Of a stretch of DNA of 40,260 nt, positions 1 to 9,182 are shown piece by piece; the first letter of the stretch is position 1; each line of letters starts with the position of its first letter. Both the position numbers and the translations under genes were made by a program. The DNA comes from a virus (Duplodnaviria > Caudoviricetes), in IMG/VR virus record IMGVR_UViG_3300025718_000154, positions 1-40,260 of that record. One strand, written 5' to 3'. The notes beneath the pieces are model-generated. The model saw only the letters and a list, made by a program, of their open reading frames with translations. It did no database searches and was not told the origin of the DNA.

Positions 1-175
1 CTTCTATCATTCGTTTAAAATCAGTTCTCTTCTCAGTACTCGTTCCCGATATACCCTCGTCAGCATAGATATCAACCATCGTCCAAGTATTTTTACTTTG
101 AATATAGTTTGTATAATAATTAACCTGCATTGAGGTCTCTGTTGGACTCGTTAGAAAACACATGGTTTACGGAAA
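1..175 (-). pseudogene. Degenerate 5' part of a large serine recombinase gene (continues beyond the left edge)
   Basis: Minus strand reads QVNYYTNYIQSKNTWTMVDIYADEGISGTSTEKRTDFKRMIE, matching the intact recombinases at 7575-11719. The upstream catalytic YxRVST motif is eroded (C-V-F-stop-R-V) and out of frame. Confidence 0.8.
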
Positions 176-349
176 TTCGTTTCCCTGTTCCATGTGCGTG
201 GTTGTTACTTCAATGTAAGTTTATTGAAAGCTATTGAACACGACACATTAGCCAACATTATCGGCTAGATGAGAGAACGCAATTACCAGTTTAATCAACT
301 TGCATTTTTCCCATATCAAATCTAATATGGTTTCTGCTGATAAAAAATA

Positions 350-380
350 TTGGTTGTAAGTAATTATTACTTACAACCAA
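350..380. repeat. Perfect 15-bp inverted repeat with 1-nt spacer (terminator or binding site downstream of the HEPN gene)
   Basis: TTGGTTGTAAGTAAT-T-ATTACTTACAACCAA. Confidence 0.7.
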
Positions 381-420
381 CTGAATTCAAGAACCATGTT
401 AAAATTAAGATGTGAGAATT

Positions 421-1110
421 TTAGGCCTCTTTCCTTAAATACAACCCATTTTGCAAGGCATTTAAAACCATCTTTTTTATTTCTTCCATAACCGTATATG
501 TAGTCTTTTCAATTGCCTCGTAGGACGTATGATCCAATCCAGTTTTGCTAGCACCATGTGCTATATTGTTCCTTAAGTTGAGCAATTGGTCAATCATTCC
601 GATATACGAGTCGAAAGCATCATACTGAAAACCTAGGCGATAAAGAATTTTCCGCAAAACTACAGGCTTTAAATTTGATTCCACATCCACGATATCTTCA
701 GGAATATTGACAATTTCTAGTAAGAAGTTATCAAACTCTTTAACGAAATCTACTTGTCGCGCAAATCGATGCAATTTTTCGTCATCAGGCAAGGCTTTTT
801 TAAAATATTTACATTTCTTATCTGAATTACTATATGCTTGGAATACTTCTGAAAGAGAACCAGCCGTCATAAAATCGTTAACAACATTTCTTGTAAGTTT
901 TTCTTGGTTTATAGATTTCACATAGATAAGAAAAACAGTTTTACAAAAGCCTTCATAATGTGAGTACAGCATCACTATTAAGGTTTTTCTATAAAGTCTT
1001 TTTTTGTCGTCTTCATCGATTATGGCAAGCAGATTCTTTAAAAAACGAACTTCATTTTGTCTCCATGTTAGTTCCTCTTCTAGCTGAGCCATTATATCTA
1101 GCAAATTCAT
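421..1110 (-). CDS. HEPN-domain putative RNase, MAE_28990/MAE_18760 family
   Basis: 229 aa, helical; N-terminal 'LYSHYEGFCK', 'ESNL' and RxxxxH motif 'RNNIAHG'. Overlaps the DUF262 gene by 4 nt. Confidence 0.85.
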   Translation of the reverse strand: MNLLDIMAQLEEELTWRQNEVRFLKNLLAIIDEDDKKRLYRKTLIVMLYSHYEGFCKTVFLIYVKSINQEKLTRNVVNDFMTAGSLSEVFQAYSNSDKKCKYFKKALPDDEKLHRFARQVDFVKEFDNFLLEIVNIPEDIVDVESNLKPVVLRKILYRLGFQYDAFDSYIGMIDQLLNLRNNIAHGASKTGLDHTSYEAIEKTTYTVMEEIKKMVLNALQNGLYLRKEA

Positions 1111-2249
1111 AATACTTGGCCGACCTTTATTTCAACGAAATTAATTCTGTCGTTTAATGGTTTAGAATAATTTTTCCCCCCACCAGTTGTGATTCTGCGA
1201 AATTCTGGATCACTTTTTATTGCCATAAAAGCTTCTGTTAGTTTTTCCAGAACTATAGTATCTACCGGATCTATCTGATCTAAATATGGCTGAATCCCAA
1301 GCGTAAAAGCTTCATAATGATAGCTTAAAAACTTTGAAACTAATGTTCCTTTCGAATTTGTTCCAGAGAAAGTATTCGTCCCCAAAGTTTCTTTCAGCAC
1401 CTTAAAAGTCTTTTTAAAATTAACACGTTCTTTATCGTAGTCAAAAGTAACGTCAGTCTTTTCCGGGTCTGAAACACTTTCCATATATTCCGTCATAAAA
1501 TCCTTAACGTCATGAACATATTTTTCCCTGTGATTTTTAAAGGTAAAAAAGCGCAGCACTAATTCCTGGTCTTGTTTTTGCTCTAACTTCTCTTCAGGGA
1601 AATTCTCGATACATTCCTTAAAATCCTCATTGTTGCTGCATTCAATAAGAAATTTATTGAATGTATCATCTAAGAGTTTAATTGTACAGTTTCTAATTTC
1701 CTGTTGACTCAGATATTCTCCACCAGTATTTAGTCGTTTAAACATATAATAACGAAGCCTTTGGTCACTTTCTTTCCGGAGTATTTCGACACGAATGAAG
1801 TTTCTCTTAAGCCTTATCTCTAATGCCTTTGGCAAGTCTTCATAACCATACCCATTTAATTCAGGAACAATATCACAGTCAGTTAGTTTAAGAAATTGTA
1901 AAGTTTCGTCCGAATTTCTTCGCAAGGGGTGTTGTCCCCGAAAATGCAAATATGAAGAAACTCGCTGCAAGCCGTCAATTAATTCATATACACCTTCTGA
2001 TCGTTCAATTACGAATATAGGTGGTACTGGCATTTCTAAAATTAAAGATTCAATAAATCTTGACTGACTAGCTTCAGACCATCTAAATAACCTTTGGTAT
2101 TCAGGGTCTATAATTAATTCTTCTTCCTTGTACATGTCCAGGATTTCGTTAAAGGATAAATCAAGACTTTTGGTTCTAATTTTCTCTATCTTTTGTTCAA
2201 CAGCTTTTATTAGTTCAATTCCTTCTGCTTTTTGTAAAACTTCATCCAT
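1107..2249 (-). CDS. DUF262 (ParB/Srx-like NTPase, GmrSD N-terminal-type) protein
   Basis: Motifs 'PEYQRLFRW', 'IESLIL..PVPPIF', 'IDGLQR', 'FKRLNTGG'. No C-terminal HNH motif visible. GGAGG RBS. Confidence 0.9.
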   Translation of the reverse strand: MDEVLQKAEGIELIKAVEQKIEKIRTKSLDLSFNEILDMYKEEELIIDPEYQRLFRWSEASQSRFIESLILEMPVPPIFVIERSEGVYELIDGLQRVSSYLHFRGQHPLRRNSDETLQFLKLTDCDIVPELNGYGYEDLPKALEIRLKRNFIRVEILRKESDQRLRYYMFKRLNTGGEYLSQQEIRNCTIKLLDDTFNKFLIECSNNEDFKECIENFPEEKLEQKQDQELVLRFFTFKNHREKYVHDVKDFMTEYMESVSDPEKTDVTFDYDKERVNFKKTFKVLKETLGTNTFSGTNSKGTLVSKFLSYHYEAFTLGIQPYLDQIDPVDTIVLEKLTEAFMAIKSDPEFRRITTGGGKNYSKPLNDRINFVEIKVGQVL

Positions 2250-2273
2250 TCTATAACCTCCATTTATGATTAA

Positions 2274-3581
2274 TTAGAGTTTTCTAAACAGTAGCACACT
2301 TTCAATTGCTTTCGTAGGTTTACGATACTTCTCTACGTTTTTATTAATGCTAGACATAGAATTCTTGTTTGGAAAATCTTGTTTATCTTCTAATATCCAT
2401 GATAAAGAGTTTCCCATCTCTCTGTACATATTTACAAGGTCTATATGTATGTCTTTGTAATACGAATCCTGTATTACTAAAACACATTTCCCTTTATCTT
2501 TTAAAGTGCGGTCGATTTCCTTTAATGATCTATGAATACCGTCAAAATACTGAAGATAATTCTTGAAATAATAGGATTCTGAAGCCTTTGACTGGTGATT
2601 GCGAACTTGGTCTAAGAATTCCCCACAAGTACTTCCCCAGTCTTTTTCGATTCTTAAAATGGATTTACCTATTGTGGTTGTTCCAATCATTTCACTCCTA
2701 ATTTTTTGCACATCGCTAGTTATCGAATAACCCATCAATGCTAATTCAGGTAGTGTACTCACAGCATAATCAATTCTAGTACAATACGGTGGTGAAGAAA
2801 TTACCATGTCTATTTCTTTTTCAGGGAGGGGAATTGACGTTGAACATGCTACCTTTAATACACCCGTTGGATTTGTATTAAATTTATATTGATCTTTGTT
2901 ATCATTTAAAACATTTGTCATATCAATTACTGTTTTTTGAAAAAAAATATATATCTCATCGATAAGGACTTCTGCTTTATTGTCTGCATTTCTTGGAACT
3001 TTAATCCATGTGGGATTTGTGCATCTATATTGATTTAAAAAGTTCCTAAGAGTTCTAAAAAGCGCAACATAGTAAAATGCAGATAAACTAGATATTTTGT
3101 CTGGATTAATTTCTTTCAAATATTCGCGACCGCTTATCTCGTTAATTAATAATTGTTGTATCCCACGTTCAATATTTCTAAATCTATTTACAGTATCTCT
3201 ATTAAACCAGGTCTCTAATGGATCAAAGGCATCACCAACTGACTTTTTATAACGCCTAGCTTTCTTAAGAATATCCTTGGAAACACTCAAAAGACTATCC
3301 TTGATACTATGATCAAGTCTTCTTGCTTTAGCAACAATAATCATTACGGGATTTAGGTCATAACCATAAGCAATGTAACCCATTTCCTCCGCAATCTGAG
3401 ATGTAGTCCCGCTACCATTCCAAGGGTCCATTATTGACGCTCCAATTGGCAATTTACTGTTGCTGATGGTTTCACAAACAAATTGTGCCGAATAACCAGC
3501 ATAGTAATCGTACCAAGTAGATTTTCCAGAATTAGAACCCACTGTCCTTTTAGGGTTTTGCATTATATTTGAATTAATCAT
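2274..3581 (-). CDS. DNA amino-methyltransferase (probably N4-cytosine)
   Basis: SAM-binding 'MDPWNGSGTT' and 'GYDLNP' precede catalytic 'SSPPY'; N-terminal 'WYDYYAGYS'. Confidence 0.85.
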   Translation of the reverse strand: MINSNIMQNPKRTVGSNSGKSTWYDYYAGYSAQFVCETISNSKLPIGASIMDPWNGSGTTSQIAEEMGYIAYGYDLNPVMIIVAKARRLDHSIKDSLLSVSKDILKKARRYKKSVGDAFDPLETWFNRDTVNRFRNIERGIQQLLINEISGREYLKEINPDKISSLSAFYYVALFRTLRNFLNQYRCTNPTWIKVPRNADNKAEVLIDEIYIFFQKTVIDMTNVLNDNKDQYKFNTNPTGVLKVACSTSIPLPEKEIDMVISSPPYCTRIDYAVSTLPELALMGYSITSDVQKIRSEMIGTTTIGKSILRIEKDWGSTCGEFLDQVRNHQSKASESYYFKNYLQYFDGIHRSLKEIDRTLKDKGKCVLVIQDSYYKDIHIDLVNMYREMGNSLSWILEDKQDFPNKNSMSSINKNVEKYRKPTKAIESVLLFRKL

Positions 3582-3782
3582 TTTCTCAGATAAGCTCCAT
3601 TCGTTAGTGATTGTGTTATTTATTGCATCCTATAGATGGGCTAAGATGTTCTTTTTTACGGCACATTACGACATTTGGCCGTATTAGCGAACCCAATCGT
3701 ATTACCTCCAGTATATATTATATTTTATGTTAAACTCGAATTTTTTAAAAAATTGTACGAATCTCTTCCTATTGATATGAGA

Positions 3783-4030
3783 TTCCCTCACCTCAACACT
3801 CATTTTAACGCGAATACCACTCAACCATCGATTGAACTTGCCATCTCAATCAGCTTGCTTAAATAAGTCGCCTTTAAACTTATCAAGGAAGCCCGTTCGT
3901 TCGCTTGCGGATATATCCTGATATTCCTACTTCTATTTTCGCTCAGAACCTCATCCCACTTCAGCCAAAAAACACGTGGAAAGAAATTCCTATTTTCTCA
4001 ACCAACACGTTACTCATCTTTCAACAAAAA
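3783..4030 (-). pseudogene. Eroded relic of a serine recombinase 3' end
   Basis: With frameshifts reads ..EVLSENR..IRIY..LDKFKGDLF.KLIEM..VQSMVE..F..KMSVEVRE, aligning to ..LIRQNRIAEIEEY..LAKFDGEVFRRLVEKVIVHSMVEVTFIFRTGVEVKE of the gene ending at 7575. Confidence 0.7.
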
Positions 4031-4077
4031 CGGTGTATTCACCTCTCAAATATTTATTACGTCTCACTTCGTTATGA

Positions 4078-5379
4078 CTATAATAACTTTACCTCATTAA
4101 TAATATTAGCAATAGGATCGCACTTATCAGCTTTTTCGCGAACAAGATCTATATATATTACCAATGGTCCTTTGATTGTATCATCACCGATGTCTGATGC
4201 GAAAGCTTCAAGTTCTTCAGCAAATTTTAGAAGTTTTCTTGACTTATCCCAACCCGCAATTTGGTTCTCAATATTCTCTATGAGAAGTTGCTGCCGTTTG
4301 GTTTGTTCCTCATGCTCTTTGGCTTGTTTCGCAAGTTCCTGAAATTTCTTCCTATTGTCCTCCTCTATCTCACGAAGACGCTGTTGTTCTTTCACTTTTT
4401 CTTTGTATACACGGTCAGCCACAATTCTCTCTATTTTAGAAACAATGGCTGTTCTTAATAATTCTTTGAACATTTCTCCTAGTTGTTTTTCTATCGGGGC
4501 TTCAATAGAATCTACTAACCTTATTGCGCCAGGACTTCTATCGCTATCACGATAATCCGGAATTATTTTAAGTTCAATTTCTAACATTCCACTAGGTACT
4601 TTTTCATACATTGGTCTAAAATCAACTACAACATTTTCAGATTCTGCATTCAATAATAGAAAACGCTGTTTCACCATGATTTCAGTCATCTGGAATGAAA
4701 ATGATTGTTCGAACAATCGAAATGATGCGTTATCCTTTTCCCCAGACTCAACAATGACGCTTCCATCTAATTCATTTACTAAGTGTATTAAGGCATCCAT
4801 AATTGTTAATGCACGAGTTGCTTGTTTATCTGATACAGATAACGGTAAGACTGCCTTATTGTTACGATATACTATTTTTTGACGTGCCCATACCATACCA
4901 AAGGGCAAACCAATCATATCGCTAAATTGATGTTCGTCATCTCGTGCTTTTCTATATGTAAGTTCATTCTGGTGCTCATAAATCAGTGGATTATACTTAT
5001 CAATTCTTTTAGGAACTCGGATGTTTTTGCACCAGTCTACAAATTTAGCTTTTGACTCTGGTGTAAGCAACTCCAAACTATCAAGCTCTTTAATGGAGTC
5101 ACTCCAGTTATTAATTAACTTAAAGATCTTTTCATTTTTTTCTGAACTAATTTGCTGATTCACCTTTAGTGGCATTAGTTTAGGTTGTGGAGTAACCTCT
5201 TTACCAGCTTCAAGTTTTGCCCAATATCCAACAGGTGGTAGCGGGATCTCAAACTTAACACACCTTTTCCGGAGGCCATTGTCAGAAAGCCCATAACGTT
5301 TAGAAACTGTGGTCATAGGTTCTTTCCACACTTCATTAAATAGTTTAGTTCTTTCTTCTTCAAAATCATCAAAGCTCAT
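4078..5379 (-). CDS. Hypothetical protein with N-terminal RWP-RK-like HTH and C-terminal coiled coil
   Basis: 'LFNEVWKEPMTTVSKRYGLSDNGLRKRC..EIPLPPVGYWAK' is a recurrent HTH-like motif in mobile-element proteins; charged heptad-rich C-terminus; GGAGG RBS. Confidence 0.65.
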   Translation of the reverse strand: MSFDDFEEERTKLFNEVWKEPMTTVSKRYGLSDNGLRKRCVKFEIPLPPVGYWAKLEAGKEVTPQPKLMPLKVNQQISSEKNEKIFKLINNWSDSIKELDSLELLTPESKAKFVDWCKNIRVPKRIDKYNPLIYEHQNELTYRKARDDEHQFSDMIGLPFGMVWARQKIVYRNNKAVLPLSVSDKQATRALTIMDALIHLVNELDGSVIVESGEKDNASFRLFEQSFSFQMTEIMVKQRFLLLNAESENVVVDFRPMYEKVPSGMLEIELKIIPDYRDSDRSPGAIRLVDSIEAPIEKQLGEMFKELLRTAIVSKIERIVADRVYKEKVKEQQRLREIEEDNRKKFQELAKQAKEHEEQTKRQQLLIENIENQIAGWDKSRKLLKFAEELEAFASDIGDDTIKGPLVIYIDLVREKADKCDPIANIINEVKLL

Positions 5380-7022
5380 TGTTTTTCCTCCTGATTACAG
5401 AACGAGAAACCACCTCTCAGGAGATCATCCGATAATTCTTCAAGTGCACTTGAACTATTAATTTCTTCAGGTACTAAATATCGGACTCGATTATCATTTA
5501 ATAATCCTGAAATATAATTTAATAAATCTGAGTTTTGATGGTAATTAAATTTATCGAGATATACCTTATCATCCTGATAATTAATTTTAGAAAAACTACT
5601 ACCTCCGAGGATGTCAGATAGATGTATTCCAACAATCGAAGTTCGTATTGCACTAAGCTTATTGAAATCATCCTCGAATTGACCTCGAGAATTCCTTTTT
5701 TTCATTAGCTTTGAGAAATCTATCGCAAATTTTAGATTGAATTTCAATTCTTTTGCAATTTGTCTAATTCTAACGATGTCCTCCGTGGTTTGCATGAGGT
5801 ATTTAGGTTTTGCGGTATGTCTACTAGGGCCATTAATCAGAGAAATCTTCATACTTGTATATTTCTTCATGCTTCGTTCTAACAAGCGATATTGCTTAAA
5901 AAATTCATCTTCATTGTACGTTTGAGAACGCAATGGGGATAATAGCTCTAAGGCATGTGGTACTCCATATTTTTCAAATGTATCTTCCAGATTCTCAATA
6001 ACAGATTTTAATTCCTGTTCATCTCTCCAAATTGAATCGTTATCTTTGTTATAGTTAAGTCTCAAGATATATTTGCTATCCGGATTACTGCCAATAGAGC
6101 CATTGAATGTTTCAATGAACACTTGCGTACTCTTAATATCCGAAGGATATGATATATCTCTATTTTTGACAGGGATTAATACATTGACATTTTTTACGAT
6201 ATTAACTCGTCCTGTTGATATACATAAGTTAACATATTCAGACCAGTATTCTGTATCTTTCACATCATCAAATAACCATACATACATAATCAGCATTTCA
6301 AGTTCGCCTTTTTTACCATTAATAAATGGTCTATGGCTGTTTTCTTTATAAATCTCATCCATCCCAAACGGATTATTATTATATCTATGGTTATATCGAT
6401 TTATATAATAAGACTCGTCAGTATCCCTGTTATGAATGTATTCAACATATTCTTCAAAATACGGCATGGTATGGCCCTGTGCGAATTGAAATAAATTCAC
6501 TCCATATTCACGATAAGTGTCTTTTACCCACGTGACCAGCGCATTGTCCAAGTATTTAAATCCGGATATTGAAGGTTTCTCGACTTCGATAACATCTTGG
6601 GCTAGTTTTACTAGCTGATCTTTGTACTCCTCAATCCCTGTCCCTTTCATTTTGGCGCTGGCACATAATTTATTCACAGCGTTTTCATAATCCATCTTGC
6701 AATAAAACAGGTCAATATATTTTATATCTTTTATCGATGATTTAAGGATCCTGTCTATCCGAGTCTTATATTTTTTATAATAATCAATAATGAAACCCTT
6801 ACTATTTGGAAAACTATTTTCAATTTCCAGTTCGATCTTTGATGCTGTCTGTTCAGTTTTAATTTTCTCATAGTCGTATGCTTCTGGATTAAGATAGGAA
6901 TTAAAGTAATCCATCACATATTTAATAACAGTTGTCATGTTTTCAGCATGACTGGTAAAATTGAATTCATCCAGCTTGTCCTTTTTCTTCATCTGTGAGA
7001 TATATTGCTCAATTGTAAGCAT
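5376..7022 (-). CDS. Hypothetical protein, possible C-terminal TIM-barrel (AP endonuclease 2/xylose-isomerase-like) domain
   Basis: 548-aa ORF with GAGG RBS, 4-nt overlap with the next gene. 'KFAIDFSKL..IVGIHLSD..YLVPE' only loosely resembles the barrel motifs. Confidence 0.55.
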   Translation of the reverse strand: MLTIEQYISQMKKKDKLDEFNFTSHAENMTTVIKYVMDYFNSYLNPEAYDYEKIKTEQTASKIELEIENSFPNSKGFIIDYYKKYKTRIDRILKSSIKDIKYIDLFYCKMDYENAVNKLCASAKMKGTGIEEYKDQLVKLAQDVIEVEKPSISGFKYLDNALVTWVKDTYREYGVNLFQFAQGHTMPYFEEYVEYIHNRDTDESYYINRYNHRYNNNPFGMDEIYKENSHRPFINGKKGELEMLIMYVWLFDDVKDTEYWSEYVNLCISTGRVNIVKNVNVLIPVKNRDISYPSDIKSTQVFIETFNGSIGSNPDSKYILRLNYNKDNDSIWRDEQELKSVIENLEDTFEKYGVPHALELLSPLRSQTYNEDEFFKQYRLLERSMKKYTSMKISLINGPSRHTAKPKYLMQTTEDIVRIRQIAKELKFNLKFAIDFSKLMKKRNSRGQFEDDFNKLSAIRTSIVGIHLSDILGGSSFSKINYQDDKVYLDKFNYHQNSDLLNYISGLLNDNRVRYLVPEEINSSSALEELSDDLLRGGFSFCNQEEKQ

Positions 7023-7224
7023 GCTAACTAACCTCTCTTTCAGCTATAATGCTACTAGTGTGCCCGCCCTCAATGTTCTTTGGTAATCTAGCTTCGGGAT
7101 CTCGAGTAGGAAGCATTCGTATGGTTATATATCGATTATACTTGCTAATGCACCCTCCTTGCACGCTTCGTTACCCAAACATATATCTCTTTTTGAGTAA
7201 GCTACTTTGGGCATTGAACTGTAA

Positions 7225-7434
7225 TTACAAAATTCCCATTGCCGCCCCGTCTTATACACGATCTCGAATTCCAGCATTGACAATATATCTTCATAAAATT
7301 TAACGGACAGCGATCACTACGCAGTCAGATACGCTTTAATTTCTTCTAACTTACACTTCCGCCATGCCCCTTTCAGCTTTGGATTCAGTCAACTTTTGCG
7401 TGCGCACTTGAAGAATTATTATCTCAACAGTTAG
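7225..7434 (-). pseudogene. Second eroded relic of a serine recombinase 3' end
   Basis: Reads LTVEIIILQVRTQKLTESKAER/AWRKCKLEEIKAYLTA**..VKFYEDI..EIVYKTG, aligning to VAAEIEIMNERKQKIKDAELEKLIRQNRIAEIEEYLRS..AKFDGEV..FIFRTG. Confidence 0.7.
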
Positions 7435-7519
7435 GTGTGATCACCCCTTATCCCATTATAACTCCAAACCCATCAACCTCCGCTGAGTTCAATGAGTTAG
7501 TTACTCTTAATAAAAAATA

Positions 7520-7554
7520 AGCCGATCGAGAGGGTTATCACTTTCAATCGGCTT
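7520..7554 (-). terminator. Rho-independent terminator after the recombinase operon
   Basis: AAGCCGATcGAgAG-ggttatca-CTtTCaATCGGCTT hairpin followed by a T-run on the minus strand. Confidence 0.7.
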
Positions 7555-7574
7555 CTCCTGAACATGCATTATAT

Positions 7575-9182
7575 TTACCCTAATATTTCCTTGACCTCTA
7601 CCCCAGTTCTGAATATAAAGGTAACCTCTACCATTGAATGAACAATAACCTTCTCTACAAGCCTGCGAAAAACTTCCCCATCGAATTTAGCGAGGGCTGT
7701 ATCCTGGGATCTCAAGTATTCTTCAATCTCAGCAATTCTATTTTGCCTAATAAGTTTTTCAAGCTCTGCATCTTTAATCTTCTGCTTGCGTTCGTTCATG
7801 ATTTCGATCTCGGCTGCAACCTCCACGTATTCCTGTTCAAATGCAGTTACTCCACTTTTAGCTTTGGCATTTAGCCTGACTAAGCTCATCATGTCCTTCT
7901 GAAGTTCTTCAAGCCTCGCATCCACTTCTTCTAACGTGTACTCCTGCTGTATCATTACCAATCCTCTATAGATGTTGGCTAGCAGATTTTGCAAAAAAGC
8001 ATCCTTGCCACCAATTACCTTGTTCATAGCACGCACAAACGCCTTTTCTAAATCTGTCTCCCTTATGTCCTTGGCGTTACACTTTTCGAGTCCGTTAATT
8101 TGTTTGTTGATGCATCTCCAAATGTATTTTGAATTTTTCCCTACTCCCCACGAGGAACGTCTTAACTTTGACCCGCAGTTAAAACAAAAAAGCATCCCCG
8201 AGAAAGGATACTTGCAACCGTACTGATTTTTGCCTGTGGTTGAATAGCCACGAATCGAAGATCTCCTTTTAAACTCTGCTTGCACCGTTGCAAAGTCTTC
8301 ACGTGAAACAATTGGTTCATGACTATCCGCTATATAATAGCTTTGAACATCCCCATTGTTTTTGATACGCTTTTTTGTTAAAAAATCTACAGTGTAGGTC
8401 TTTTGCAACCTCGAATCACCCATATATTTTTCATTCTTCAATATACAATTAATATTGCTATCATACCATTTGGTATTTCCTGCACCATTTTTCAACTCAT
8501 CTGTTGTTAACCCCTTTGCGATTTGCCTTGTGCTTTTACCTGCTAGAAACTCTCTAAATATACGTCTTACAATTTCGGCCTGCTCCGGAACAATCATCAG
8601 CTCACGATTTTCGTCTTTATCATATCCTAAGAACCGCTTTGCATTTACTACCACTTTCCCGCTTTGAAAGCGATGCACGATACCCCACTTTGTGTTGTGG
8701 CTGAGAGCGAATGATTCTTCTTGCGCCAAACTGGATATTATTACCAGCAACACTTCTCCTTTCGCATCAAGGGTATTGATATTTTCTTTTTCAAAATAGA
8801 CTGCAATGTTGTTTTCCTTTAGCAGCCTTATATATTGCAGGCAATCGAGGGTGTTTCTCGCAAAGCGGGACACCGACTTTGTAATAACCATATCAATTTT
8901 ACCGCTAAGACACTCGTCTATCATTTTATTAAATTGATCACGCTTTTTAGTGCTTGTACCACTTATCCCTTCATCTGCAAATATACCGGCAAATTCCCAC
9001 ACTGAATTACTGGTAATGTAAGAAAGGTAGTGTTCTCTTTGCGCCTCGAAAGAACTTAGTTGCTCAACCGTATCCGTAGAAACCCTACAGTAAGCTGCTA
9101 CCTTTAGCTTTGGTTGCTCGATTAACCCCTGCCTTATGAATTTGGGTTTGGCAGGAATTACTTTAACATTTCTTGCTGCCAT
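7575..9182 (-). CDS. Large serine recombinase (resolvase + recombinase + Zn ribbon)
   Basis: 'VAAYCRVST', 'ADEGISGT', 'KSVSRFARN', 'LKNEKYMGD', Zn ribbon 'CFNCG..WRC'. Start reassigned to the ATG at 9182. Confidence 0.95.
   Translation of the reverse strand: MAARNVKVIPAKPKFIRQGLIEQPKLKVAAYCRVSTDTVEQLSSFEAQREHYLSYITSNSVWEFAGIFADEGISGTSTKKRDQFNKMIDECLSGKIDMVITKSVSRFARNTLDCLQYIRLLKENNIAVYFEKENINTLDAKGEVLLVIISSLAQEESFALSHNTKWGIVHRFQSGKVVVNAKRFLGYDKDENRELMIVPEQAEIVRRIFREFLAGKSTRQIAKGLTTDELKNGAGNTKWYDSNINCILKNEKYMGDSRLQKTYTVDFLTKKRIKNNGDVQSYYIADSHEPIVSREDFATVQAEFKRRSSIRGYSTTGKNQYGCKYPFSGMLFCFNCGSKLRRSSWGVGKNSKYIWRCINKQINGLEKCNAKDIRETDLEKAFVRAMNKVIGGKDAFLQNLLANIYRGLVMIQQEYTLEEVDARLEELQKDMMSLVRLNAKAKSGVTAFEQEYVEVAAEIEIMNERKQKIKDAELEKLIRQNRIAEIEEYLRSQDTALAKFDGEVFRRLVEKVIVHSMVEVTFIFRTGVEVKEILG

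Noticed and set aside
185-215. ACAACCACGCACATGGAA (minus strand) resembling an rlmD-type att core
   Set aside because: Short, and equally explained as the eroded start region of the recombinase pseudogene; no partner site identified.
3675-4342. Plus-strand ORFs 3675-3866 and 3905-4342
   Set aside because: No RBS; antisense to the recombinase relic and to the 433-aa gene.
7049-7303. 84-aa plus-strand ORF
   Set aside because: No RBS or recognisable motif; overlaps the minus-strand recombinase relic and the cassette promoter region.
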